Below, one piece after another: positions 32,544 through 43,089 of a stretch of DNA of 64,000 bases; within the stretch, counting starts at the first letter, position 1, and each line of letters opens with the position of its first letter. Source of the DNA: Gammaproteobacteria bacterium (lineage in GTDB: Bacteria > Pseudomonadota > Gammaproteobacteria > UBA4575); the NCBI GenBank assembly GCA_965243395.1, contig CBDEUS010000001.1, positions 352,001-416,000 of the forward strand, in the 5' to 3' direction. Made by a program: the position numbers and the translations under genes. Under the pieces are notes generated by a model, which worked only from the letters and a program-made list of their open reading frames with translations, had not been told where the DNA came from and did not search any database.

Positions 32544-33272
32544 ATGTCTGAAGATCTTGTCCCAGCCCATGTTGCGATTATCATGGATGGTAATGGTAGA
32601 TGGGCAAAGCAGCGTAAACTACCCAGAACCGCAGGGCATAAAGAGGGTGTTAAGGCAACACAAGAAATTATTAAAGCGAGTGGTGAGGCGGGGGTTAAAT
32701 ACTTGACTTTATTTGCATTTAGTAGTGAAAACTGGGATAGGCCTAAAAATGAAGTCACAGCATTGATGGATCTGTTTTTACGTTCGCTCGAGAATGAAGC
32801 ACAAAATTTAGCTGATAATGGAGTGCGACTTAAATTTCTAGGTCAGGTAGATGCATTTTCACAAAAACTTTTTGATCAAATGCAAAGAGCTGAGCAACTA
32901 ACAGAAAATAATGACAAACTATATTTAAATATAGCGGTGAACTATGGAGGCAAGTGGGATATTTGCCAAGCCGCTAAATCTGTAGCCGAAGAGTATAAAA
33001 AAGGTACGCTCTCATTGTCTGACATTAATGAGGCTAAATTTGAATCAAGATTGGTAACTAATGATATGCCTGCTCCAGATTTATTCATTCGAACAGGTGG
33101 AGAAACGCGCATAAGTAATTTTTTATTATGGCAACTTGCTTATACAGAGCTCTATTTTAGTGAAGTATTGTGGCCTGAATTTACATCTGGAGAATTAAAT
33201 AAAGCGTTTGAGGCATACCGATCTAGACATAGAAGATTTGGTAAAACGCAAGAACAATTATTAAAGCAATAA
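32544..33272 (+). CDS. uppS: Undecaprenyl diphosphate synthase
   Basis: HVAIIMDGNGRWA, FSSENW.RP, IRTGGE.RISNFLLWQ. Confidence 0.97.
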   Translation: MSEDLVPAHVAIIMDGNGRWAKQRKLPRTAGHKEGVKATQEIIKASGEAGVKYLTLFAFSSENWDRPKNEVTALMDLFLRSLENEAQNLADNGVRLKFLGQVDAFSQKLFDQMQRAEQLTENNDKLYLNIAVNYGGKWDICQAAKSVAEEYKKGTLSLSDINEAKFESRLVTNDMPAPDLFIRTGGETRISNFLLWQLAYTELYFSEVLWPEFTSGELNKAFEAYRSRHRRFGKTQEQLLKQ

Positions 33273-33273
33273 G

Positions 33274-34080
33274 ATGTTAAAAAAAAGAATTATTACAGCA
33301 CTAGTATTGGCGCCACTAATTATTCTAGCAATTTTTAAGTTAACTAATGATCAGCTAGCAGTACTTTTTGCGTTTATTACTTTAGTCGGTGCATGGGAAT
33401 GGTCTAATTTAATTGGCCTTACTCATGTTGTAAAAAAAATAATATATGTTTTTTTAATTACAATATCGATTTTGGCAGTTTGGATATTTATTTATGATCA
33501 ACATGAATTAGTATTTTTTTCTATTGTTGGAGTTTGGTGGGTAGTATTATTATTTGCGCTTATGGCATATAAATCTGAATGGCTGAAATCAAAGTTTTTA
33601 GAAAAGATTTTAATGTTATCGGCGTTTATCGTTTTAGTTCCAGCGTGGTTGGGGCTTGTTAAGTTGCATGAATACGGTATTTCAATGTTATTGTTTTTTC
33701 TGGTAATCATATGGGCCGCTGATATTGCAGCCTACTTTGTAGGTAAAAAATTTGGTAAAAATAAATTGGCTCCAGAGCTAAGTCCAGGTAAATCACGTGA
33801 AGGATTAGCTGGAGCACTTTTAGCAGCAGTATTGATTGCTTATATTGGAATTGAGTTATTTTCGCTCGATCAAAATACATGGGTTTTATTCATAACTTTA
33901 TGTGTCTTTGTCGCACTAATATCCGTTGTTGGTGATTTGTATGAGAGCTTGTTAAAACGCAGTGCTGGAGTAAAAGATAGTGGTAAAATTCTACCTGGAC
34001 ATGGAGGTGTGCTTGACCGAATAGATAGTATTACTGCTGCTGCACCTATTTATGTGCTGGGTCTAATATGGGTGCTTTAA
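33274..34080 (+). CDS. cdsA: Phosphatidate cytidylyltransferase
   Basis: Multi-TM; SPGKS.EG, GDLYESLLKR..GVKDSG.ILPGHGGVLDRIDS. Confidence 0.96.
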   Translation: MLKKRIITALVLAPLIILAIFKLTNDQLAVLFAFITLVGAWEWSNLIGLTHVVKKIIYVFLITISILAVWIFIYDQHELVFFSIVGVWWVVLLFALMAYKSEWLKSKFLEKILMLSAFIVLVPAWLGLVKLHEYGISMLLFFLVIIWAADIAAYFVGKKFGKNKLAPELSPGKSREGLAGALLAAVLIAYIGIELFSLDQNTWVLFITLCVFVALISVVGDLYESLLKRSAGVKDSGKILPGHGGVLDRIDSITAAAPIYVLGLIWVL

Positions 34081-34105
34081 TTCTAAAATAGGTTAATTGA
34101 TTGAC

Positions 34106-35287
34106 ATGAAGCGGGTATCAATTTTAGGTGCAACAGGCTCCGTAGGTGTGAACACATTAGATGTAATTGCACATCATCCAGAATTATTTTCCGTTGTTGC
34201 TCTCACAACAAATAAAAATATTGATCTCCTATATGACCAATGTATGAAGTTTCGTCCTGAACTTGTTGTAGTTGTGGACGAGGACTGTGCAAACCAATTT
34301 TTTGCAAAATTTAAACAAAACGCGGATGACTACACACCTCACATCGAGACGGGCAGAAAAGGTCTTGAGGTTGCTGCTAGCTTGGAAGATAGCGAGTGCG
34401 TAGTGGCTGCGATAGTGGGTGCTGCAGGTTTACCCGCGACTTTAGCGGCGGCACAAGCTGGCAAGCATATTTTACTTGCTAATAAAGAGTCCTTGGTAAT
34501 GTCTGGGGATTTGCTTATGAAAGAGGCCAGGCAAAATAACTCTCAGATTTTACCTATTGATAGTGAACATAATGCTGTATTTCAATGTCTACCAATTAAC
34601 AAAGACCAGTGTGATATAGAAAAAATTATCCTTACGGCATCGGGTGGGCCATTTTTAGGAAAGTCCCTAACAGAATTTAAAAATATTACGCCAGAGCAGG
34701 CTTGCGCACATCCTAATTGGGAAATGGGTAAAAAGATTTCGGTTGATTCAGCAACCATGATGAATAAAGGTCTTGAGTTGATAGAAGCTTGTAAGTTATT
34801 TGATGTTAATGTGAAAGATGTAGAAATTGTGATTCATCCTCAATCAATTGTGCATTCCATGGTTGCTTATCCAGATGGTTCTGTATTGGCGCATATGGCG
34901 TATCCAGATATGCGGGTACCAATAGCACATGCTTTAGCTTGGCCTAAACGAATTGTATCAGGTGTAAAGATGCTAAATCTTACAGAGCTTAGTGCTTTAG
35001 AATTTTTTAAACCCGATTTTAATCGTTTTCCTTGTTTACAACTTGCCTATGATGCATTGCATGCAGAACAAAGTGCAACTACAGCGTTGAATGCAGCAAA
35101 CGAAGTTGCTGTAGATTCTTTTTTAAATCAAAAAATTCGCTTTACGGATATCGCTCCTGTAATTGATGCAACATTACAGGATATTGATCATGTGGAAATT
35201 GACGAGCTAGATGTAATTTTTGAAAAAGATAAACAAGCACGCAAGTATGCAGAACGATTTATTCGTGACTCTTTAGTAAGGCATTAA
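34106..35287 (+). CDS. dxr: 1-deoxy-D-xylulose 5-phosphate reductoisomerase
   Basis: ILGATGSVG, LANKES, PIDSEH, HPNW.MG.KISVDSAT; ATG at 34106. Confidence 0.97.
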   Translation: MKRVSILGATGSVGVNTLDVIAHHPELFSVVALTTNKNIDLLYDQCMKFRPELVVVVDEDCANQFFAKFKQNADDYTPHIETGRKGLEVAASLEDSECVVAAIVGAAGLPATLAAAQAGKHILLANKESLVMSGDLLMKEARQNNSQILPIDSEHNAVFQCLPINKDQCDIEKIILTASGGPFLGKSLTEFKNITPEQACAHPNWEMGKKISVDSATMMNKGLELIEACKLFDVNVKDVEIVIHPQSIVHSMVAYPDGSVLAHMAYPDMRVPIAHALAWPKRIVSGVKMLNLTELSALEFFKPDFNRFPCLQLAYDALHAEQSATTALNAANEVAVDSFLNQKIRFTDIAPVIDATLQDIDHVEIDELDVIFEKDKQARKYAERFIRDSLVRH

Positions 35288-35292
35288 TCAAT

Positions 35293-36651
35293 ATGCAATT
35301 TCTCACTTATGTATTAGCTTTTATAGTTGCTGTAGGCATTATTGTAACAGTTCACGAGTTTGGTCATTATTGGGTGGCGAAAAAGTTAGGAGTGAAAGTG
35401 TTACGCTTTTCGGTTGGATTTGGCAAGCCTCTTTTTACTAGATTGTCAGGCCCAGATAAAACAGAGTATGTTTTAGCGAGTATTCCTCTTGGTGGCTATG
35501 TAAAAATGCTTGATGAACGAGAGGGTGATGTTGAGGAACATGAGTTACCACGCGCTTTTAATCGTCAGAATGTTTGGAAGCGTTTTGCAATAGTATCGGC
35601 TGGCCCTATTTTCAATTTTCTGTTTGCAGTTTTTGCTTATTGGTTGACATTTGTATCAGGTGTTGAAGGTGTTAAACCAACTATTGGTGAAATAGAAGCT
35701 GAAAGTATTGCTTATGTTGCTCAAATAGAACCTCAAGATACATTCACACATATTGAAGATGTCCCTGTGAAAACTTGGCAGCAGACTTCTATCCAAATGC
35801 TTAACAGTGCATTAAAAAATGGTAATGTGAATGCGACATTGATGCGTCAAGATTCCTCCCAAAAAGTTGTTAAATTGGATTTAACAGATACTAAACATTT
35901 GTTATCAGAAGGTAATCTATTAGAAAAAATAGGTATCACTCCATGGCGTTATCAATACCAAGCCATTTTCGGGGAAATTACGCCTGGCGTAGCAAAATCC
36001 GCAGGTGTGCAGTATGGAGATAAAGTTCTTAGCGTTGATGAAAAACCTGTCTCCACCTGGGTTGAACTGGTGACCTACATTCAAGCCCGTCCCGATGTAG
36101 AAATTGATCTTAAATTATTAAGAGATGATGAAACTGTAAATGTAAAAATTACCCCTAAATCTGAGAGACAAGATGGGAAAGTAGTGGGTCGAATTGGCGC
36201 ATATCCTTATGTTGATCAAGAACAATTTGCCGCACAAAAAGTAGTGGTTCGTTACGGGTTTGTAGAGTCTATAGGGAAGGGATTGGTCAAAACCTGGGAA
36301 GTATCGATTTTAACGCTAAAATTACTCTGGAAGCTTATAGTAGGGGAGGCCTCATTAAAAAATATAAGTGGTCCAGTCACGATTGCCGAATATGCAGGTG
36401 TATCGGCCGCCATTGGTTTTTCTGCGTTTGTGGGAGCCCTAGCGATAATTAGTATCAGTATAGGTATACTTAATTTATTGCCAATACCAGTACTGGATGG
36501 AGGGCACCTATTTTACTATTTAATAGAAATAGTCAAAGGTAGTCCTGTCTCGGAGAAATTTGAGGCTGCTGGGCAAAGAGTGGGAATTCTTATGTTGGCT
36601 GGACTAATGGGTCTTGCTTTCTACAATGATATTTACCGCTTGCTACAATAA
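35293..36651 (+). CDS. rseP: RIP metalloprotease RseP
   Basis: HEFGH, two PDZ domains, NLLPIPVLDGG. Confidence 0.96.
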   Translation: MQFLTYVLAFIVAVGIIVTVHEFGHYWVAKKLGVKVLRFSVGFGKPLFTRLSGPDKTEYVLASIPLGGYVKMLDEREGDVEEHELPRAFNRQNVWKRFAIVSAGPIFNFLFAVFAYWLTFVSGVEGVKPTIGEIEAESIAYVAQIEPQDTFTHIEDVPVKTWQQTSIQMLNSALKNGNVNATLMRQDSSQKVVKLDLTDTKHLLSEGNLLEKIGITPWRYQYQAIFGEITPGVAKSAGVQYGDKVLSVDEKPVSTWVELVTYIQARPDVEIDLKLLRDDETVNVKITPKSERQDGKVVGRIGAYPYVDQEQFAAQKVVVRYGFVESIGKGLVKTWEVSILTLKLLWKLIVGEASLKNISGPVTIAEYAGVSAAIGFSAFVGALAIISISIGILNLLPIPVLDGGHLFYYLIEIVKGSPVSEKFEAAGQRVGILMLAGLMGLAFYNDIYRLLQ

Positions 36652-36677
36652 ATAAAATTAGAAATAAAAAATATAAC

Positions 36678-38966
36678 ATGGAGTCAATTCTAACCAAGCA
36701 ATTCTTGCTTGTTTGTATTTTAATATTTTTCTCTTCTTCGCTATTTGCTGAGACGTTTCGTTTGCAAGATATTCAAGTTGAAGGACTTGAGCGAATAGAA
36801 GCCGGCACTGTATTTACTTATTTACCGGTAAAAGTGGGTGATGAAGTAGATGAAAATGCTACTGCAAGGATAGCAAGAGAGCTTTATAAATCAGGTTTTT
36901 TTGACGACATACAATTACGTCGTGAAGGAAATATATTAGTTGTTTCAGTGAAAGAAAAACCGGCAATAGCAAGCTTGAGTTTTGATGGCAATAAGATTCT
37001 AGATGATGAACAACTTACAGAAATATTGACTAATGTGGGAATTGCTAGTGGAAGAGTGTTTAATCGTTCGGTTCTCGAAAGGCTTGAGAATGAGTTAATT
37101 CAACAATATTTTGCTTTTGGTAAATACAGCGTGAGTATTGATACACAAATAAAAGAATTAGAACGAAATCGTGTCGATATAGGAATACAAATAATTGAAG
37201 GCGATGCCGCAAAAATTAAGCAAGTCAAAATTGTTGGGAATACAGTTTTTGAGGAAGAGGAACTGACTGATGATTTTGAATCGGGTCTCAAACCTTGGTA
37301 CAAGTTTTGGGGAACACGCGATCGTTATGCAAAACAAAAATTACAGGGTGATATTGAATCCCTTCGATCACAATATCTAAATGAAGGTTATTTGAAATTT
37401 GATGTCACTTCTACTCAAGTATCTATCAGTCCTAATAAGGAAGATATATTTATTACAATTAATATAAAAGAAGGAGAGCAGTACACTATTGAAAGTATTG
37501 CGTTTGCAGGCAAGTACATTCTCTCAGAAGATGAGATTAGATCGCTAGTTAATCTTAATAAAGGAGATGTTTTTTCGCGCGCCAGAATTGTAAATTCTAA
37601 TGATAGTATTACCCGCAAGCTTGGTGATTTGGGTTATGCATTTCCAAATATTAATGCTGTTCCAGAAATTAACGAAGAAGAAAAAAAAGTAGATTTAACT
37701 TTTTTTATTGATCCTGGAAAAAGAGTATATGTCCGTAGAATAAATTTCACTGGTCATAAAACTACGCGCGATGAAGTATATAGAAGAGAGCTTAGGCAAA
37801 TGGAAGGAGGATGGTATTCGCAAACAAATGTAGAAGCATCACGACGTAGAATAGAAAGGCTTTCATATGTAGAAACTATAGAAGTCAATACTCGAAGAAT
37901 TCCAGGTGTTGATGATTTTATAGATTTAGATATAGAAGTAGTAGAACGATTAGCTGGCAGCTTTAACATCGGTGCCGGGCTCTCTGATAGTCAGGGTGCG
38001 GTGGTAACTACTAGTGTTAGTCAGGAAAATTTTCTTGGTAGTGGGAAAACCGTTTCGTTTCGTATAAACACAAGTAAAGTAAATACGATTTATGATTTTA
38101 ACTACACTGATCCTTATTACACGATCGATGGTGTAAGTCGAGGTTTTGGAGCTTCTTTTGTATCAACTGAAGCGAGTGAGGCAGATATATCTGATTTTGA
38201 TTCTGATCAATATGCAGTGAGGGTGAACTATGGTATTCCGTTAACTGATAATGATCGTATAGGCGCTACTCTACAATTAAGGCACACTGAAATTAGGAGG
38301 ACTGGTAATACGCCTGTTGAAGTATTGGATTTTCTGGAAGATAACGGTGATGTGTTTGATAATCTCACATTAAATACAAATTTTGTGCATGATACCCGCA
38401 ACCGCAGTTTATTTCCTAACAAAGGTAATCGCCAGACTATCGCTCTAGAATTCTCAGTTCCAGGGAGTGATCTGGAGTTTTATAAATTGACGTATGAAAA
38501 TGCGTTTTATTATCCACTCGGGGAGCTATTTACTCTGTCGTTGGGAAGTGAAATCGGTTATGGTGATCGTTACGGTAGTACATCGGATTTGCCTTTTTTC
38601 GAGAAATTCAGAGCCGGGGGGTTTGATTCTGTAAGAGGTTATGAAAGCAATAGCTTAGGTCCGCGAGATTCTTTTGATGATTCATTTGGTGGAAACTTTT
38701 TAACTACAGCGAGAGCACAAATTTTATTCCCACCTCCATTTGTTGAGAATAAGAATAGAGCTCGTTTGGCATTGTTTGTAGATGTTGGAAATGTGTTTGA
38801 AGAATATGATGATTTTGATACTAGCGATATTCGTGGATCTTTCGGGCTTGGTTTAAGCTGGGTCACGGGATTAGGAGGTATCAGTGCAGCACTTGCTTCG
38901 ACTTTCAATGATCAATCTGGAGATGATACAGAGACATTTCAGTTTAATTTAGGGACGAGTTTTTAG
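36678..38966 (+). CDS. bamA: Outer membrane protein assembly factor BamA
   Basis: Signal peptide, POTRA repeats, VRGY motif, C-terminal FQFNLGTSF. Confidence 0.96.
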   Translation: MESILTKQFLLVCILIFFSSSLFAETFRLQDIQVEGLERIEAGTVFTYLPVKVGDEVDENATARIARELYKSGFFDDIQLRREGNILVVSVKEKPAIASLSFDGNKILDDEQLTEILTNVGIASGRVFNRSVLERLENELIQQYFAFGKYSVSIDTQIKELERNRVDIGIQIIEGDAAKIKQVKIVGNTVFEEEELTDDFESGLKPWYKFWGTRDRYAKQKLQGDIESLRSQYLNEGYLKFDVTSTQVSISPNKEDIFITINIKEGEQYTIESIAFAGKYILSEDEIRSLVNLNKGDVFSRARIVNSNDSITRKLGDLGYAFPNINAVPEINEEEKKVDLTFFIDPGKRVYVRRINFTGHKTTRDEVYRRELRQMEGGWYSQTNVEASRRRIERLSYVETIEVNTRRIPGVDDFIDLDIEVVERLAGSFNIGAGLSDSQGAVVTTSVSQENFLGSGKTVSFRINTSKVNTIYDFNYTDPYYTIDGVSRGFGASFVSTEASEADISDFDSDQYAVRVNYGIPLTDNDRIGATLQLRHTEIRRTGNTPVEVLDFLEDNGDVFDNLTLNTNFVHDTRNRSLFPNKGNRQTIALEFSVPGSDLEFYKLTYENAFYYPLGELFTLSLGSEIGYGDRYGSTSDLPFFEKFRAGGFDSVRGYESNSLGPRDSFDDSFGGNFLTTARAQILFPPPFVENKNRARLALFVDVGNVFEEYDDFDTSDIRGSFGLGLSWVTGLGGISAALASTFNDQSGDDTETFQFNLGTSF

Positions 38967-38985
38967 CTTAGGAGTAACCGTAAGG

Positions 38986-39489
38986 ATGATTAATTTAATA
39001 TCAAAGATCATAGCAGTTGTATTAGTTTTGCTGCCTACGTTAGTAATGGCAGAAACTAAGATTGGTTTCGTCAATATGGTCGAGCTAATGGAAAAATCAC
39101 CGCAAGCCGAATTAGCGCGCAAAGGTTTAGAGGAAGAATTTTCAGGTCGTGATAAAAAGTTAACAGCAGCGCGTGATGAGGTTCTAAAGCTTGAAGAGAC
39201 TTTAAAAAATGACGGACCTATCATGAGTGATGCAAAGCGCTCGGAGCTTGAAAAGAAAATTTTAAATAGCAAACGAGAATATAATCGACAGCAAGATGAA
39301 TTAAGAGAAGACTTTAATATCCGAAGGAATGAAGAGTTGGGTAAATTGCAGAAAAAAGTTCATGAAATAATTATCATTGTTGCAAAAGCAGAAAGCTATG
39401 ATCTTGTGGTCACGCAACCGGTGCTATATGCCAGTGAGCGAATTGATTTGACTGCACGTGTTTTAGAAGAAATGAAAAAGCCTCAATAA
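38986..39489 (+). CDS. skp: Periplasmic chaperone Skp/OmpH
   Basis: Signal peptide, KIGFVN, coiled coil, YDLV..DLT; follows bamA. Confidence 0.92.
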   Translation: MINLISKIIAVVLVLLPTLVMAETKIGFVNMVELMEKSPQAELARKGLEEEFSGRDKKLTAARDEVLKLEETLKNDGPIMSDAKRSELEKKILNSKREYNRQQDELREDFNIRRNEELGKLQKKVHEIIIIVAKAESYDLVVTQPVLYASERIDLTARVLEEMKKPQ

Positions 39490-39516
39490 CCATATAAGCG
39501 AGTAAATTTATTTATA

Positions 39517-39969
39517 ATGGTCGAGATGAGTATTCATGATATTTTAAAATATCTTCCTCACCGTTACCCATTTCTGCTGGTTGATCGTGTTTTAGAATGC
39601 GATATTGGCCAATCTATTTTAGCAATTAAAAATGTCAGTTTTAATGAACCTTTTTTCCAAGGTCATTTCCCCGCTGCGCCGGTAATGCCAGGAGTTCTTA
39701 TACTTGAAGCACTTGCTCAAGCTTCCGGTTTATTAGCTTTAAGTAATCCTGAATGGCGCCCCGATGATGAGAGCTTGTATTTGTTTGTTGGAATTGATAA
39801 GGCACGATTTAAACGTCAAGTAGGTCCAGGCGATCAGCTAACGTTGGATGTTCGATTAAAAAGACATAAAAGAGGTTACGGAGTATTTGAGGCGGTGGCA
39901 TTGGTTGGCGATGAAGTAGCAGCTAGTGCCGAATTAATGTGCGTATTCAAAGAAGTTGAAACCGGTTAA
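39517..39969 (+). CDS. fabZ: 3-hydroxyacyl-ACP dehydratase
   Basis: [32 protein letters not shown]. Confidence 0.97.
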   Translation: MVEMSIHDILKYLPHRYPFLLVDRVLECDIGQSILAIKNVSFNEPFFQGHFPAAPVMPGVLILEALAQASGLLALSNPEWRPDDESLYLFVGIDKARFKRQVGPGDQLTLDVRLKRHKRGYGVFEAVALVGDEVAASAELMCVFKEVETG

Positions 39970-39977
39970 TTCAAGTC

Positions 39978-40784
39978 ATGCAGAATATTTCAGAGAAGAT
40001 TGGTGAATTTACTGGGATTCATCCCACGGCGATTATCGATCCAAAAGCGGAGATAGATTCGAGTGTTTCAATTGGAGCATACAGTATTGTTGGTGCTCAG
40101 GTAAAAATTGCAAGAAACACAATAATTGGTCCACATGTAGTTTTAAGTGGCCCAACTACAATTGGTAAAAATAATCGCATATTTCAATTTTCCTCAATTG
40201 GCGAGATCCCGCAAGATAAAAAATATCATGGTGAAAATAGTGAGCTGATAATTGGTGAAGGTAACACTATTCGTGAGTATGTAACCATAAACCGCGGTAC
40301 TGAAGAAGATCAGGGATTTACAAAAATTGGTAATCGAAATTGGATTATGGCGTATGTACATATTGCACATGACTGTAATGTTAACAATGACATTACTTTT
40401 GCAAATGGTGCAACTTTAGCCGGTCATGTAACCGTAGAAGACTTTGCGATACTTGGTGGCTTTACTTTAGTTCACCAATTTTGTCATATTGGTGAGCATG
40501 CTTTTTGCGCAATGGGAACAGCATTAAATCGTGATTTACCTCCTTATGTTATGGCATCCGGTAATTATGCAAGTTCACATGGTTTGAATAAAGAAGGCCT
40601 AAAACGCAGAGGATTTTCAGATGAATGCATTCAAGCTCTACACAAATCCTACAAGTTATTAATACGTAATAAGAATTCGAGAAGTGAGAGTCTAGCTGAA
40701 GTTGAAAAACTCGCGGCTAATTTTCCTGAAGTTGAGAAGTTTAAAAATTTTATTGCATCAAGTAAGCGAGGAATTGTGCAATAG
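39978..40784 (+). CDS. lpxA: UDP-GlcNAc (or UDP-GlcNAc3N) acyltransferase
   Basis: IHPTAII hexapeptide repeats, PQDKKY, HIAHDC, LAGHV, HQF, GLKRRGF. Confidence 0.96.
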   Translation: MQNISEKIGEFTGIHPTAIIDPKAEIDSSVSIGAYSIVGAQVKIARNTIIGPHVVLSGPTTIGKNNRIFQFSSIGEIPQDKKYHGENSELIIGEGNTIREYVTINRGTEEDQGFTKIGNRNWIMAYVHIAHDCNVNNDITFANGATLAGHVTVEDFAILGGFTLVHQFCHIGEHAFCAMGTALNRDLPPYVMASGNYASSHGLNKEGLKRRGFSDECIQALHKSYKLLIRNKNSRSESLAEVEKLAANFPEVEKFKNFIASSKRGIVQ

Positions 40785-40789
40785 TATTA

Positions 40790-41950
40790 TTATCTTGATG
40801 AAATTAGCTCAACGGCGAGATGTGCAGTAGAGCTTGAACCATCTTTTTTGCCTAGCAATTCTTTAATCTCTGCCATATTTTTCTTCATATCATCAGCATA
40901 GTTTTTATCAGATAATAATTTTTGCAATTCAATAGCTATATTTTCTCCTGTTGCATTGTCTTGAATGAATTCACGAGATATCTCTTTATTAGCAATGACG
41001 TTTGCTATTCCCGCGTAACTGAATTTTACAATTTTTGAAAATATTTTATACGTAATCGAAGAAATCTTGTAAATGATTAGCATAGGAACTTGTAGTAGTG
41101 TAATTTGAAGGGTGACGGTACCGGATGCCGCAGCAATAGCATCACAGGCATTAATAACATTATAAATATCATCATCCGTTGTCATTACTTCTACGTTTGC
41201 TTTAGAAATATAACTTGTGACTAAATCATTAGATAACGTAGATGCTATTGGAGTTATGAATTGCACATCATTTCTATCTTGTAATAAAATTTTCGCAGCA
41301 TCTAAAAGTACCGGGTAATTATTTTCAATTTCGCTTGAGCGGCTGCCTGGAAATAGGCCGATCAGTTTTTTGTCGACGTCAAGTCCTAGTGACTTAATGA
41401 ACTGTAATTTGTCGATTTTCGCTTTTGCATGTTTTATTAGTGGGTGTCCTACATATTCAACAGGAACATGAGCATCACGATAAAATTTTTCTTCAAATGG
41501 AAACACAACAGCCATCATGTCTACATTTTTTTTAATTTCTTTAATACGCCCTTTACGCCAAGCCCAAATCTGTGGACTGATGTAATAAAGAACTTTTACT
41601 CCTGTCTGTTTAGCAGTTTTAGCTAAGGGTAAATTAAAATCTGGTGAATCAATTAAAATCAATAGATCAGGCTGCTGTTGTTTTATGATATATCTAGTTT
41701 TATTTAGAATTTTTTTTAATCTTGGATAGTGTTTTAGCACTTCAACTAAACCAACTACTGAGAGCTCAGAGACATCGGTATATATATCTACACCAGACTT
41801 TTTCATATTTTTTCCACCTATCCCATAGCACCTAATACTCGGAATAATTTTTTTTATCTCGTCTATAACATGCGCACCATGCATGTCACCTGAAGCTTCG
41901 CCAGCAACTATCATTAATGTAGGTGAGTCATTTCCCTTATATTGAAACAT
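40790..41950 (-). CDS. lpxB: Lipid A disaccharide synthase
   Basis: VAGEASGD, IDSPDFN, YISPQIWAWR, YVGHPL, PGSR.SEI, ASGT.TL. Confidence 0.96.
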   Translation of the reverse strand: MFQYKGNDSPTLMIVAGEASGDMHGAHVIDEIKKIIPSIRCYGIGGKNMKKSGVDIYTDVSELSVVGLVEVLKHYPRLKKILNKTRYIIKQQQPDLLILIDSPDFNLPLAKTAKQTGVKVLYYISPQIWAWRKGRIKEIKKNVDMMAVVFPFEEKFYRDAHVPVEYVGHPLIKHAKAKIDKLQFIKSLGLDVDKKLIGLFPGSRSSEIENNYPVLLDAAKILLQDRNDVQFITPIASTLSNDLVTSYISKANVEVMTTDDDIYNVINACDAIAAASGTVTLQITLLQVPMLIIYKISSITYKIFSKIVKFSYAGIANVIANKEISREFIQDNATGENIAIELQKLLSDKNYADDMKKNMAEIKELLGKKDGSSSTAHLAVELISSR

Positions 41951-41957
41951 GTCTCAA

Positions 41958-43046
41958 TTATAAATTTATTATTGAATCAACTACTTGTTCAATTTGCTCG
42001 TCAGACATCTCGGGATACATTGGCAAAGACAGACACTGTGAGCAAATGTTTTGAGTATTTGTTAAATATTCCGCACGTGAAACTGAAGAAAAAGCAGGTT
42101 GCTCTGAAAGAGGCATGGGATAAAAAATAGAATGTCCAATATTTTCTGTTGTCAATTTTTTAGATATTGCATCTCTTGACTGACTCAATATGGTGTATTG
42201 ATGGAAAACATGGGAAAGGTCTTCCTTGAAGTCGGGTGTTTGGATTATAGAATTATCTAGTAATTGGTTATATTTTTTTGCCACAGCAATTCGCTTAAGA
42301 TTGAAATCGTCAATGTATTTTAATTTTATTCTTAATATTGCAGCTTGAATTTCATCAAGTCGACTATTCCAACCAATAATTTCATGTTGATTGCGGACTT
42401 TGCTTCCATGTAGTTTCAAAAGCAAAAATTTTTCTGCGATTTTATCTGAATTAGTGATAAATAAACCTCCATCACCATAGCATCCTAAGTTTTTGCTCGG
42501 AAAAAAACTAAAGCATCCAGCATCACCAAAAGTTCCTGTTTTTTGCGAACCAATACGAGCTCCAAATGATTGAGCACAATCTTCAATTATTTTTAGTTTG
42601 TGATTACTAGCAACTTGGTTAATTGCTTGCATATCTGAAACTTGGCCAAAAATATGTACAGGTAAAATTGCCTTAGTCTTGTCCGTAATTGCAGCCTCAA
42701 TTGATTCTGCAGTTGCATTGAATGTAATCGGATCAATGTCTACAAAGACAGGTGTGGCTCCAGTATGGCAAATAGCTTCAGCGGTGGCGGCATAAGTGAA
42801 TGAAGTGGTGATGATTTCATCACCCAAGCCAATATCACATGCGCGAAGTGCTAAATGTAAAGCATCCGTTCCAGAATTACATGACAATGCATGTTTTACA
42901 CCTAAATATTCTGCAGCTTCAATTTCGAATTGTTTAACGTTAGGGCCCATGATAAAACTTGTGCTCTGAAGCACATCAGCAACGGCTGCATCTATCTCGT
43001 TTTTTAACATTGCATACTGCAATTTTAAGTCTAGCATTGGGATCAT
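41958..43046 (-). CDS. gnnB: DegT/DnrJ/EryC1/StrS sugar aminotransferase, probable GnnB
   Basis: NSGTDALHLAL, IEDCAQSFGA, SFFPSKNLG (PLP Lys), NSRLDEIQAA; lies between an oxidoreductase and lpxB. Family is clear, the symbol is inferred from context. Confidence 0.78.
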   Translation of the reverse strand: MIPMLDLKLQYAMLKNEIDAAVADVLQSTSFIMGPNVKQFEIEAAEYLGVKHALSCNSGTDALHLALRACDIGLGDEIITTSFTYAATAEAICHTGATPVFVDIDPITFNATAESIEAAITDKTKAILPVHIFGQVSDMQAINQVASNHKLKIIEDCAQSFGARIGSQKTGTFGDAGCFSFFPSKNLGCYGDGGLFITNSDKIAEKFLLLKLHGSKVRNQHEIIGWNSRLDEIQAAILRIKLKYIDDFNLKRIAVAKKYNQLLDNSIIQTPDFKEDLSHVFHQYTILSQSRDAISKKLTTENIGHSIFYPMPLSEQPAFSSVSRAEYLTNTQNICSQCLSLPMYPEMSDEQIEQVVDSIINL

Positions 43047-43089
43047 AACTAAGGATTGAGGAAGGTTAGAGTTTGAGTGCGTATATAAT

